Below, piece by piece: positions 28,578 through 36,891 of a stretch of DNA of 64,000 bases. Below the pieces are notes generated by a model. The model searched no databases. It had not been told where the DNA came from and worked only from the letters and a program-made list of their open reading frames with translations. Source of the DNA: an uncultured Muribaculaceae bacterium (GTDB lineage: Bacteria; Bacteroidota; Bacteroidia; Bacteroidales; Muribaculaceae); the NCBI GenBank assembly GCA_947627615.1, contig CANQWS010000005.1:26504-90503 (forward strand), read 5' to 3'. The position numbers and the translations under genes are program-made. Positions within the stretch are counted from its first letter, which is position 1, and the number at the start of each line of letters is the position of its first letter.

Positions 28578-29114
28578 TTAATCGCGATAGCGGCGGCAGT
28601 TTTCGTTGTCCTCGAAGTCCAGAAACAGAAACGTGAGCCCCGTGCCGGTCACGTTGTCCTGCTCTACCCTTACGGAAACCGTTCCGAGCGGGGTGCCGTC
28701 GGCATTGTCAACGCCCACTCCATAGTATGGCGGGTCTCCGGGCAGCGATTCCATGAAGCTGGCCTCGCCGTACTTGTTGCCTAAGGCCTGCTTGAAGGTC
28801 TCGAAAAGCTGCAGGGCTGTCTGATAATCGGTGTATTCGAAAATGACGCTCACGGAATGCATCATTTTGTTTTTCGGATTGTAGCATGCCACAATCGTGC
28901 ATGGCCCGAGGTTTCTGTCGTTTGAATCGAACCACCTCTTCCCTGCCGGCATGGTTTTGGACTGAGGGTTCAGACGGTGGCCCTGTCGCTCGAGTTTGCG
29001 GGTGAACGAGCCGATGGTGCCGTCGATGGCTATGCCGTTGAAGTCAAGATGACGGGCGCACAAGGCTGTGATGGCCGTAAAGAGAAGCAGCAGGGAGGTG
29101 ATGAATGTTTTCAT
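28578..29114 (-). CDS. Hypothetical exported protein
   Basis: Signal peptide [20 protein letters not shown]; HLDFNGIAIDGTIGSF start; coupled to the tatD stop. Confidence 0.75.
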   Translation of the reverse strand: MKTFITSLLLLFTAITALCARHLDFNGIAIDGTIGSFTRKLERQGHRLNPQSKTMPAGKRWFDSNDRNLGPCTIVACYNPKNKMMHSVSVIFEYTDYQTALQLFETFKQALGNKYGEASFMESLPGDPPYYGVGVDNADGTPLGTVSVRVEQDNVTGTGLTFLFLDFEDNENCRRYRD

Positions 29115-29665
29115 GACTGTTGTCTTGCTTTGTCCACGGCCGCGGCCACTTCGGCTATAGGCGTGTCTGTGTCGTCGGTTTCGATGTGAAGGCGGTCGGC
29201 GGGTATGATGGCGGCCGTGAACGGATTGAACGCCGGTCCGAGCGACAGGTCTATACCCGCCGCGAGCAGCTGGGCTGCAAGCTGTGGCTTTCCGCGGAAT
29301 CCGTGGACAATCCAGCGCTGCTGCGGCTTCAGCTCCTTTTTCAGCGCCAATAGCCGGTCAAATGCCTTCACGCAGTGGATAATCAGTGGCTTGCGGAACT
29401 CTTCGCTCGTGGCTATGTGGCCGCGGAACGCGGCTTCCTGACACTCCATCGACGGCCCTTTGAGTTTGTCAAGCCCGGTTTCACCTATGGCTTCGACAAG
29501 CGGACTGCGGGCGGCTTCACGCAGCTCTGTCAGAGAGAAATCCGCTGCGTTCCACGGATGGACGCCCATGGAGTAGGCGAAGCCGGGATCGAGGATGTCG
29601 GCCGGGCTGCGGTTGACCCACGCGTCGGGGCGCAGGCTGTGGGTATGGGTGTCAAACAGGGTCAT
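29111..29665 (-). CDS. tatD: TatD family nuclease/hydrolase
   Basis: [33 protein letters not shown]. Confidence 0.9.
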   Translation of the reverse strand: MTLFDTHTHSLRPDAWVNRSPADILDPGFAYSMGVHPWNAADFSLTELREAARSPLVEAIGETGLDKLKGPSMECQEAAFRGHIATSEEFRKPLIIHCVKAFDRLLALKKELKPQQRWIVHGFRGKPQLAAQLLAAGIDLSLGPAFNPFTAAIIPADRLHIETDDTDTPIAEVAAAVDKARQQS

Positions 29666-29874
29666 GGCACAGGGTCGTATCCGCTGCCGCCCCACGGATG
29701 GCAGCGCATTATTCTCTTGATGCTCAGCCACGTTCCCCGCAGCGCACCGTGCTTTTTTATTGCCTCTATGGCATACTGGCTGCACGTTGGAGTGAACCGG
29801 CACGAGTTGGGAAGCATGGGCGATATGCAGATCTGGTAGAATCTGACAAGGAGTATGAGCAGGCGGCCTGTCAT
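29662..29874 (-). CDS. yidD: Membrane protein insertion efficiency factor
   Basis: YQICISP...[11 protein letters not shown]...[14 protein letters not shown]. Confidence 0.95.
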   Translation of the reverse strand: MTGRLLILLVRFYQICISPMLPNSCRFTPTCSQYAIEAIKKHGALRGTWLSIKRIMRCHPWGGSGYDPVP

Positions 29875-30266
29875 CGGGCAAGAGTCTCGGTTATGCGGGC
29901 GAAAATCTTGGCTATGGAGCGCTCCGCGGTCCTGAAATCCGTAAGATCTGACGCCACATAGACAAAAGCTATGTCAATCGCGGCGTTTTCGGGCAGAAGA
30001 TGGCGGTTCAGGCGGTAGGCCTCGCGCATCACACGGCGCATCCTGACGCGGTCCACGGCGTGACGCAGACGGCGTTTGGGGACTGATATGAGGAACTGGG
30101 TGCATGACGGCCTGCGGTCGTTCTCATCCCGCTTGCGCCACACGGCTCTCCAGGGATAGGCCATGACGCTGTTGTTCCCGTTCTTTCCGTGGGCGGAGGG
30201 AATGAACAGAGAGTCAATTGCAGTGAGGCTGCAAAGTTTTTCTTTTTTGTAGAGGCGCAGCGTCAT
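29871..30266 (-). CDS. rnpA: Ribonuclease P protein component
   Basis: [15 protein letters not shown]...[19 protein letters not shown]; adjacent to yidD. Confidence 0.92.
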   Translation of the reverse strand: MTLRLYKKEKLCSLTAIDSLFIPSAHGKNGNNSVMAYPWRAVWRKRDENDRRPSCTQFLISVPKRRLRHAVDRVRMRRVMREAYRLNRHLLPENAAIDIAFVYVASDLTDFRTAERSIAKIFARITETLAR

Positions 30267-30293
30267 CACTCGGTTTTGGAGGGGAGCCGGTTG

Positions 30294-31052
30294 TCAGTTT
30301 TCAGCGTTATCACCTGTTTCCTCGGCGAGGAACAGATCGAGGGCGGCGGTCATTGAGGGCGCCTTGGGGCTGGGAGCTTCGAAATCGAGTCTCAGGCCGG
30401 CTTCCTTGACGGCTGCGGCGGCCGAGGGTCCGAATGTGCCTATGCGCACGTCGCCCTGCTTGAATGCCGGGAAATTCTTCATGAGCGAATTGATTCCCTG
30501 CGGGCTGAAAAACAGCAGCATGTCGTAGTCAAAAGTCTCGTCGGGTCCGAAATCGTTGCTCACCGTGCGGTACATCACAGCCTTGGTGTAGTTTATGTTG
30601 TTGGCGTCAAGGATGTTGGTGTCGGCCTTGTTGACGTCGCTGACAACGTAAAGATAGCGTTCCTTGTTGTGTTTCTGCAAGGCTGCCAGCAGACCGTCGA
30701 GTTTACCAGTGGTGCCGTGGAAAATCTTGCGCTTGCGGTACACTATGTATTTCTGCAGATAGAGTGCTATTGATTCCGTGGTGCAGAAATATTTCATTGT
30801 GTCAGGGATGGAAACGCGCATTTCCTCGCACAGACGAAAGAAATGGTCAATCGCGGTACGGGCTGTGAAGATAATAGCCGTGAAATCGGAAATATTTATT
30901 TTGAACTGGCGGAATTCTTTGGCAGAAAGGCCCTCGACCTTTATGAACGGCCGGAATACAAGTTCAATGCCGTATTTCTCGGCGATATCGAAATACGGTG
31001 ATTTTTCCGATGTTGGTCGGGGCTGGGACACTAAGACTTTCTTTACGTTCAC
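30294..31052 (-). CDS. hemD: Uroporphyrinogen-III synthase family protein
   Basis: VLVSQPRP, IIFTARTAIDHFF, YRTV, LLFFSPQGI; GTG start. Confidence 0.82.
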   Translation of the reverse strand: MNVKKVLVSQPRPTSEKSPYFDIAEKYGIELVFRPFIKVEGLSAKEFRQFKINISDFTAIIFTARTAIDHFFRLCEEMRVSIPDTMKYFCTTESIALYLQKYIVYRKRKIFHGTTGKLDGLLAALQKHNKERYLYVVSDVNKADTNILDANNINYTKAVMYRTVSNDFGPDETFDYDMLLFFSPQGINSLMKNFPAFKQGDVRIGTFGPSAAAAVKEAGLRLDFEAPSPKAPSMTAALDLFLAEETGDNAEN

Positions 31053-31084
31053 GTTCAGAAGTATTTAATGTGTGGATTTGAATA

Positions 31085-31978
31085 TCAGTGTAGTACTACA
31101 ATGTGCGATGCTAATCTATAACACAAGACTGGAGGAATAATTTCCAGAGTGCAAAGGTACAAAATAAAGTACAGAATAGAACCATAATTAGAGTAAAAAA
31201 TCCTAAAACCTTTGCAAATGAATATGATTCGGGCGGCTCCGTAAAGGGCGAGGCTTATGTAGAGCAGCAGCGGAGTGGCGCCCGGATTGAACAGCGACAG
31301 AACGGCGGGAACCGTCAGGCCGAGGCCCAGAAGTGACTGGGAGGCGTTGAAGCCTTTAAGCCACTGGCGGGTGCCTGTCCGGGTGGAAAACATGTAGCCT
31401 GTGGTGCGGTAGGCCAGCAGCTGCCAAACGTAGTAGACTACCGCCAGAAGGGTCATGGCGCCTATTGTGGAGAACACGTTCATTGACAGTCCCCCCGCGT
31501 CATGGAAGTTTATGGCGCTGAAAAGCAGTATGCCCTCGCTGACACAGACAAGAGCTATCAGTGACAGCAGCACGCGCGTCTCGCTCATGGTCTGGTTGTC
31601 GTCGAACACATTGGCGCGTTTCCTCACCGAGAACAGGTTCTGGGTGAATGTCTTGATGAACGTGGAGTAATGGCGGCAGTTGGCGGTGATGATCAGAAAC
31701 AGCACTATCAGCATGGTCATCACTCCGGAATCGTAGCCGGGAAGCTGGGCTCTGGGCTGCGGTGCTATGCCTTCGGCGTAGGCCACCCGCGCGGTGGAAA
31801 GTCCCGGAGTGTCGTGATAACGGGGCGATTCCGCGGCTTGACATGTTTTTTTCTCGAGTGCGTTGACAATGACGCGCGTTTCAGCTGCCGCCGAGTCGGG
31901 GCTTACGGCGGGTATGGCGGTCACGGTATCGGCTGTTGACGTGACGGGCGGCTGTTGTGTGGCGACACTGTCGGGCAT
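31085..31978 (-). CDS. DUF4271-type membrane protein
   Basis: Multi-TM with C-terminal YFILYLCTLEIIP; upstream of hemD-rnpA. Confidence 0.75.
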   Translation of the reverse strand: MPDSVATQQPPVTSTADTVTAIPAVSPDSAAAETRVIVNALEKKTCQAAESPRYHDTPGLSTARVAYAEGIAPQPRAQLPGYDSGVMTMLIVLFLIITANCRHYSTFIKTFTQNLFSVRKRANVFDDNQTMSETRVLLSLIALVCVSEGILLFSAINFHDAGGLSMNVFSTIGAMTLLAVVYYVWQLLAYRTTGYMFSTRTGTRQWLKGFNASQSLLGLGLTVPAVLSLFNPGATPLLLYISLALYGAARIIFICKGFRIFYSNYGSILYFILYLCTLEIIPPVLCYRLASHIVVLH

Positions 31979-31993
31979 GACTGGGAGATGACG

Positions 31994-32587
31994 TTAATGG
32001 ATTTTCTGAGGGAATGTGGACGGATCTACCGGTTCCAGAGCCATTCTGACGGCCTCTTCGGCCGAACCGGCCACGTGGAACAGCCTGCGGTGTCCCTCAT
32101 GCATGAAACCTTGGGCTATGGCGCGGTCAAACATCGCTATGAGCGGGTCGTAGTAGCCGTCGATGTTGAGAATCACCACTTGTCCGCGGTAAAGGTTAAG
32201 CTGACGCCAGGTGATGATTTCAAGCAGTTCCTCGAATGTGCCGCAACCACCCGGACATGCTATGGCGGCCATTGACATGGACGCCATGGTCTGTTTGCGT
32301 TCGTGCATTGACGGGGTCTCTATCATTTCGGTGAGTCCGGGATGCTGCCATCCGTTGGCCACCATGAAGTCCGGAAGCACGCCTATGGCTGTTCCTCCGG
32401 CGCTGAGCGCGCCGTCGATTGCCGCGCGCATGAGGCCCTGGCGCCCGCCCCCGCACACAAGCGGGTGACCTGACAGCGCTATCAGTTCTCCGGTCCGGAA
32501 TGCGGCGTCCTTATATGTTTCGGCTATGTTCTCGCTCGAAGCTCCGTAGACGGTAATAGCTGTGGCTATGTGAGAGTTTTGTTTCAT
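31994..32587 (-). CDS. LOG family nucleotide phosphoribohydrolase (TIGR00730-like)
   Basis: VYGASS, GGGRQGLM, MHERK, PGGCGTFEE (PGGxGTxEE). Confidence 0.92.
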   Translation of the reverse strand: MKQNSHIATAITVYGASSENIAETYKDAAFRTGELIALSGHPLVCGGGRQGLMRAAIDGALSAGGTAIGVLPDFMVANGWQHPGLTEMIETPSMHERKQTMASMSMAAIACPGGCGTFEELLEIITWRQLNLYRGQVVILNIDGYYDPLIAMFDRAIAQGFMHEGHRRLFHVAGSAEEAVRMALEPVDPSTFPQKIH

Positions 32588-32635
32588 TTCAGTGCAAAAT
32601 TACAAAAAAACTCTCACATAGAAGAAGCGGAGGAA

Positions 32636-33274
32636 TCAGTATGTGTTGTAATGTACCTGTTCGCTGTTGAATTTGTCTTTTGGCGTGAGCCTGGCTTTGG
32701 GATATCCCACAGGCACCACGTTAAGCGGCACAATCGAATCGGGCAGTTCTGTCAGCTTGCTGATGAATTTCACTCTTTCCGGGTCGGGATATATTCCGCA
32801 CCACACTCCGCCGAGTCCCATGGAGTGGGCCGCGAGCAGCAGGTTTTCCGTCGCTGCCGAGAGATCCTGCGGCCAGAACTGGTCCTTGCCTTCCTCCAGG
32901 CGGGTGTTGCCGCAGATTATGAATGCCAGCGGAGCCTCGGCTGCCATCTTAATGTTCTGACAGTGGGCGGCTATGCTGTCAAGGATGTCGCGGTCGGTGA
33001 CAACGATAATTTCCCACGGTCTCTGGTCGCGGGCTGTGGGAGCGGCCATGGCGGCCCGGAGCAGGGAATCGATCTGAGCTTCTGACGGGCGGGTCGCGCT
33101 GTAGGAGCGGCAGCTTGCGCGGGTCATTATGCAGTTGTAGGCCGCGTTGTCTCCGGCGGCGTTTTCTGTGGTTGCGGATGTATCGGCCTGTTCGCTGCCG
33201 GCCTTGACGAGGCGCCAGCTGACTATCGAGAGGGCTATTGCGAGAGCTATGCAAAGCAGTTGTGATGTCTTCAT
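32636..33274 (-). CDS. Nitroreductase with N-terminal signal/anchor
   Basis: IMTRASCRSY, AAMAAPTARDQRPW, ENLLLAAHSMGLGGVW, VPVGYP; hydrophobic N-terminus LLCIALAIALSIVSW. Confidence 0.9.
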   Translation of the reverse strand: MKTSQLLCIALAIALSIVSWRLVKAGSEQADTSATTENAAGDNAAYNCIMTRASCRSYSATRPSEAQIDSLLRAAMAAPTARDQRPWEIIVVTDRDILDSIAAHCQNIKMAAEAPLAFIICGNTRLEEGKDQFWPQDLSAATENLLLAAHSMGLGGVWCGIYPDPERVKFISKLTELPDSIVPLNVVPVGYPKARLTPKDKFNSEQVHYNTY

Positions 33275-33310
33275 ATTCTGGGTGTTTTCAGTTTGTTGTC
33301 CTTAGGGTTG

Positions 33311-34390
33311 TTATTTTGTATCAATGTCCTGTGACATGCGCAGCAGCGTCCCGGTGGGACACACGAAGCGGCAGTAGGGACGGGTGATGAAAAACGAGAG
33401 AAGCAGGAACGCGGCACCGGCAATCAGAGTGGCCGTGGCGGCTTCACGGACCATGAATGCCGTGAACAGCTCGTAATCTATCCACGAGGCGAACATTCCG
33501 GTCCACAGCAGAATCATCAGCACGGCCCAGAGTATCAAGCGGAAGCGTGTCAGGATTTTTACGGCTTTCGGGCTGAGATTTATCTTGCGGCGGCTGTTGC
33601 AGCGCGAGGCGAGTTCCTGGAGCGAGCCGAGAGGGCACACCCAGGCGCAATAGTGTCCCGGATGGCCGAACAGAGGCCAGATGAAGGCCACCACGAGCAT
33701 GGCTATTACCGTAATGGAGGCCGACGCGCCGAGTCCGTAGCTCATGATGCCGAGCATGGCTGTGTAATCGACGAATGTTCCGGTCCAGAATCCGAGCACT
33801 CCCACATTGAGAATCTCCTGAATCAGGCGGTAATTCTTGTTTTTGACGAAAAGGGGGATTATGGCGGCCATGGCCACTACCAGAAGCGAAATGTAGACGG
33901 CCATTCCGGTTTTCGAGGCCGTGTCATGAGTTACGGGCGCGTCAACGTAGCTCTGCAGTCCGGCTTTAACGTTGGCTATCAGTGCCGTCGAGCTGTAAGT
34001 GGCTCCTGTCACGGCGTCCACGTCCTCGTCAAGCGCTTCCCTGACGGTCTTTCCGGTCCAGCGGTCCATGATTCCTGATTCAGTCACGCGGCTGAAAAAT
34101 CCGGGCGTCTCGGAGTTGTCAAGCGGGCGTATGGCCGTCACCGTGTCATGAGCTATGGTTATTTCAACCGGCACCGGTCCGGAATATCCGGAAACGTCAT
34201 CGGCGAGTGTGGTGGTGTTGACGGTTATGCTTCCGTCAGGATTCACGGTCCTTACGGAAGCCTTCTCGCTGTCGCGGGTCAGGTCGTGGCCTAATAGATG
34301 TCCGTCGCGCATAATCGCGGCGGCCGCCATCACCAGAAACACGAACAGCAGTCCTGCCAGATTTGTCAGTATTTTTTTGTTCCTCTTCAT
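33311..34390 (-). CDS. FMN-binding domain + NapH/NosR-like 4Fe-4S-binding membrane protein
   Basis: N-terminal TM; FMN_bind GYSGPV...DAVTGATYSS; TM domain with CAWVCP and CRFVCP. CAAAGATA promoter at 34409-34416 supports the MKRNKK start. Confidence 0.88.
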   Translation of the reverse strand: MKRNKKILTNLAGLLFVFLVMAAAAIMRDGHLLGHDLTRDSEKASVRTVNPDGSITVNTTTLADDVSGYSGPVPVEITIAHDTVTAIRPLDNSETPGFFSRVTESGIMDRWTGKTVREALDEDVDAVTGATYSSTALIANVKAGLQSYVDAPVTHDTASKTGMAVYISLLVVAMAAIIPLFVKNKNYRLIQEILNVGVLGFWTGTFVDYTAMLGIMSYGLGASASITVIAMLVVAFIWPLFGHPGHYCAWVCPLGSLQELASRCNSRRKINLSPKAVKILTRFRLILWAVLMILLWTGMFASWIDYELFTAFMVREAATATLIAGAAFLLLSFFITRPYCRFVCPTGTLLRMSQDIDTK

Positions 34391-34495
34391 TTTCAGGCTA
34401 TTTTTCGGCAAAGATACTCTTTTTATCCAAATAAAAATTATTCATATAGCGTCTGAAGCTGTGAAAATGACTTCAAGGCCTTGAATTTTGATTCA

Positions 34496-35356
34496 TTATT
34501 GTCTGGCCTCGCTTTTGTCAAGGAAGGCGCGCAGGTCGTCGATCAGTCCGGCACAATGCTCCCTGCCGAGGCGATAGATGCTTTCCATCTTTGGAATGTC
34601 GGTACACAGGCGTCCTATGGGAAGCGGCTTTTCAGGAGCTATGAGGTAAGTGTCGCCTTCGCTGACCTTTGACTCTATGTAATCCAGCTGGGCATTGTAC
34701 ATTTCGTGTCTGCGGACCATGGCCTCGGCTATGGCCGGATATTTGCGCAGCAACATGCGGAACAGCCATGCCGGTGCAGGTTTCTTCCTGTAACCGAGAG
34801 GCTGGGTGAGCACCACCACGTTGCGTCCGTAGCCTATGCTACGGAAGTATTTCAGCGGTATGGAATCGCTGATGCCTCCGTCAAGCAGTTCGCGCCCTCC
34901 GGCTTTGACCGGTTTTGTTATCACCGGCATGGATGCCGAAGCCCTGAGCCTTTCGAGTGACTCATGGTCAAACCGGTCCATGCGGTAATAGACCGGTTCG
35001 GCCGTATGTACGTCAGTGCACACGAGATAGAACTCCGTAGGGTTGGCCTCGAAGGTCTCGACATCGAAAACGTCCAGTTCGAGCGGCACCGTATGGTATG
35101 CGAATTCCGCCCCTATGTAGTTGCCGCTGCGCATGAGTTCCCTGATGCCCATGTAGCGTGGATCCTTGGCGAAGCGGGTGTTGTAGCGGATTACTCTTCC
35201 CGGCTGCATTGACTTGTAGTTGCATCCGAAATTGGAGCCTGCCGACACCCCTATTATGCCGTCGAAGATTATTCCCCGCTCCATCATCACGTCTATCACT
35301 CCGGCCGAGAACAGGCCTCTCATGCCGCCTCCTTCAAGTATGAGTCCTTTTTTCAT
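34496..35356 (-). CDS. Patatin-like phospholipase (DUF6363-type C-terminus)
   Basis: EGGGMRG, GVSAG (GxSxG), LLDGG. Confidence 0.92.
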   Translation of the reverse strand: MKKGLILEGGGMRGLFSAGVIDVMMERGIIFDGIIGVSAGSNFGCNYKSMQPGRVIRYNTRFAKDPRYMGIRELMRSGNYIGAEFAYHTVPLELDVFDVETFEANPTEFYLVCTDVHTAEPVYYRMDRFDHESLERLRASASMPVITKPVKAGGRELLDGGISDSIPLKYFRSIGYGRNVVVLTQPLGYRKKPAPAWLFRMLLRKYPAIAEAMVRRHEMYNAQLDYIESKVSEGDTYLIAPEKPLPIGRLCTDIPKMESIYRLGREHCAGLIDDLRAFLDKSEARQ

Positions 35357-35360
35357 GGGT

Positions 35361-36278
35361 TCATTTCATTATTGCGGCTGCGTTACGGCGCAGTCCGGCG
35401 AGTTTCGTACGTTTTATGGCTGAGTGCGTGAAAAGGGCCGAGAACCGCTCCTGAGTCATGGATGCGGCCTCGTCGACGGTCAGGGAGAGCAGGGCGGGGC
35501 GGGGCTGGAGTTCCGGGAGGATTTCCTGCCGTCCCGCACCGGCGTTGTGGGGACACACCGCCCCGCAGATGTCACAGCCGTACAGTCGGCCGTGAAGCGA
35601 TGTCCCGGGCTCGAATTCGCCCCGGTGTTCTATGGTCAGATATGAGAGGCACCGTCGTGCGTCGAACGTACCGTCGGGTCCTATGGCTCCTGTGGGGCAT
35701 GCTTTCACGCATCGTCCGCATCGTCCGCAGTCTCTTTCCGGCGCGGCCGGAGTGGGGGGCAGGAGGGCTGTGGTCAGAATCTCGCCGAGGAAGAAGAAAG
35801 AGCCCATGCCGGGAATTATCAGATGGCTGTTGAGGCCCGTGAATCCCAGTCCGGAGCGTTGCGCCCAGTAGCGTTCGCGCAGCGGGGCCGTGTCGACGCA
35901 CACCCTTGTCTTGCCGCCCATGGTTTTTTCGATTTCCTTTGCCACTGCCGTCAGCTTTTCCCTGACCACCTCGTGGTAGTCAGAGCCGAGGGCGTAGGCG
36001 GCGATGGAGGCTTTGCGCGGCGGCAGGTGCAGGGGAGAGGGGTAGGGTATGGCGCAGCAAATCATGGATGACGCTCCTTCCAGAAGCAATGCCGGATTGG
36101 CTCTCACGTCGCCGTAACGTTCCATGTAGGCCATGGAGCCGTGCTGGCCCTCCTGAATCCACCGGTCAAACGAGGCTATGGCCGACGGCTCGACCGGCCC
36201 TGTCGGTACTATGGCGTAGCGGGCCACGCCATGCTTCCGCATCAGGCTGTCAAAGCATAGGGAGCTGCTCGAATTCAT
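35361..36278 (-). CDS. queG: Epoxyqueuosine reductase
   Basis: YALGSDYH, VDTAP, GSFFFLGE, CGRCGRCVKACP, YGCDICGAVCP. Confidence 0.93.
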   Translation of the reverse strand: MNSSSSLCFDSLMRKHGVARYAIVPTGPVEPSAIASFDRWIQEGQHGSMAYMERYGDVRANPALLLEGASSMICCAIPYPSPLHLPPRKASIAAYALGSDYHEVVREKLTAVAKEIEKTMGGKTRVCVDTAPLRERYWAQRSGLGFTGLNSHLIIPGMGSFFFLGEILTTALLPPTPAAPERDCGRCGRCVKACPTGAIGPDGTFDARRCLSYLTIEHRGEFEPGTSLHGRLYGCDICGAVCPHNAGAGRQEILPELQPRPALLSLTVDEAASMTQERFSALFTHSAIKRTKLAGLRRNAAAIMK

Positions 36279-36870
36279 AGCCCATCTGCTTTAGCCACTC
36301 AATGGCGCGGGGCAGGGCGTAACGCATGTTTTTCTCGGCCTTGAGTGAGTCATGAAACACTATGATCGACCCGTTGCGCACGTAGCGGCGCACGTTGTCA
36401 AGGACTTCCTCGCCGGTCAGTTTGCGGGAATAGTCGCGGGTCACAAGGTCATACATCACTATGGTGTAGTGATTTTTCAGAGCGGCCGCCTGACTCCACC
36501 GCAGCAGCCCGTGGGGCGGTCTGAACAGGGGCGTGTCGAGTATGCGGTCGGCCTCGGTGGTGTCGCGCATGGTGCGCATGGTGCGTACCTTCATGCCCTG
36601 AAGATGGTGCATGGTGTGGTTGCCCCACGAGTGGCCGCGCCGCTTTATTTCCTCAAAAAGGGCAGGGGAGCGACGCACGTTGTCGCCCACCATGAAAAAG
36701 GTGGCCTTTATGTTGTGGCGGTCGAGAATGTCAAGCACCCATGGCGTCACCTGCGGCACAGGACCGTCGTCGAAGGTCAGATAGACCACCTTGCGGTTCT
36801 TGTGCTTTATGCGCCAGATAGCTTCCGGAAACAGCAGGCGGTAGGCCAGGGGCGGTTGCTCTATCAGCAT
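36250..36870 (-). CDS. CE4 polysaccharide deacetylase
   Basis: LTFDDGP, GNHTMHH, FRPPHG, IVFHD. Confidence 0.93.
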   Translation of the reverse strand: MLIEQPPLAYRLLFPEAIWRIKHKNRKVVYLTFDDGPVPQVTPWVLDILDRHNIKATFFMVGDNVRRSPALFEEIKRRGHSWGNHTMHHLQGMKVRTMRTMRDTTEADRILDTPLFRPPHGLLRWSQAAALKNHYTIVMYDLVTRDYSRKLTGEEVLDNVRRYVRNGSIIVFHDSLKAEKNMRYALPRAIEWLKQMGYEFEQLPML

Positions 36871-36891
36871 CGTCGGATCGGTTGGTTAGCT

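Noticed and set aside
32067-32082. Partial parS match (TGTTCCACGTGGCCGG on -) inside the LOG gene
   Set aside because: Four mismatches destroy one half-site, and the match is explained by the codons for LFHVAG.
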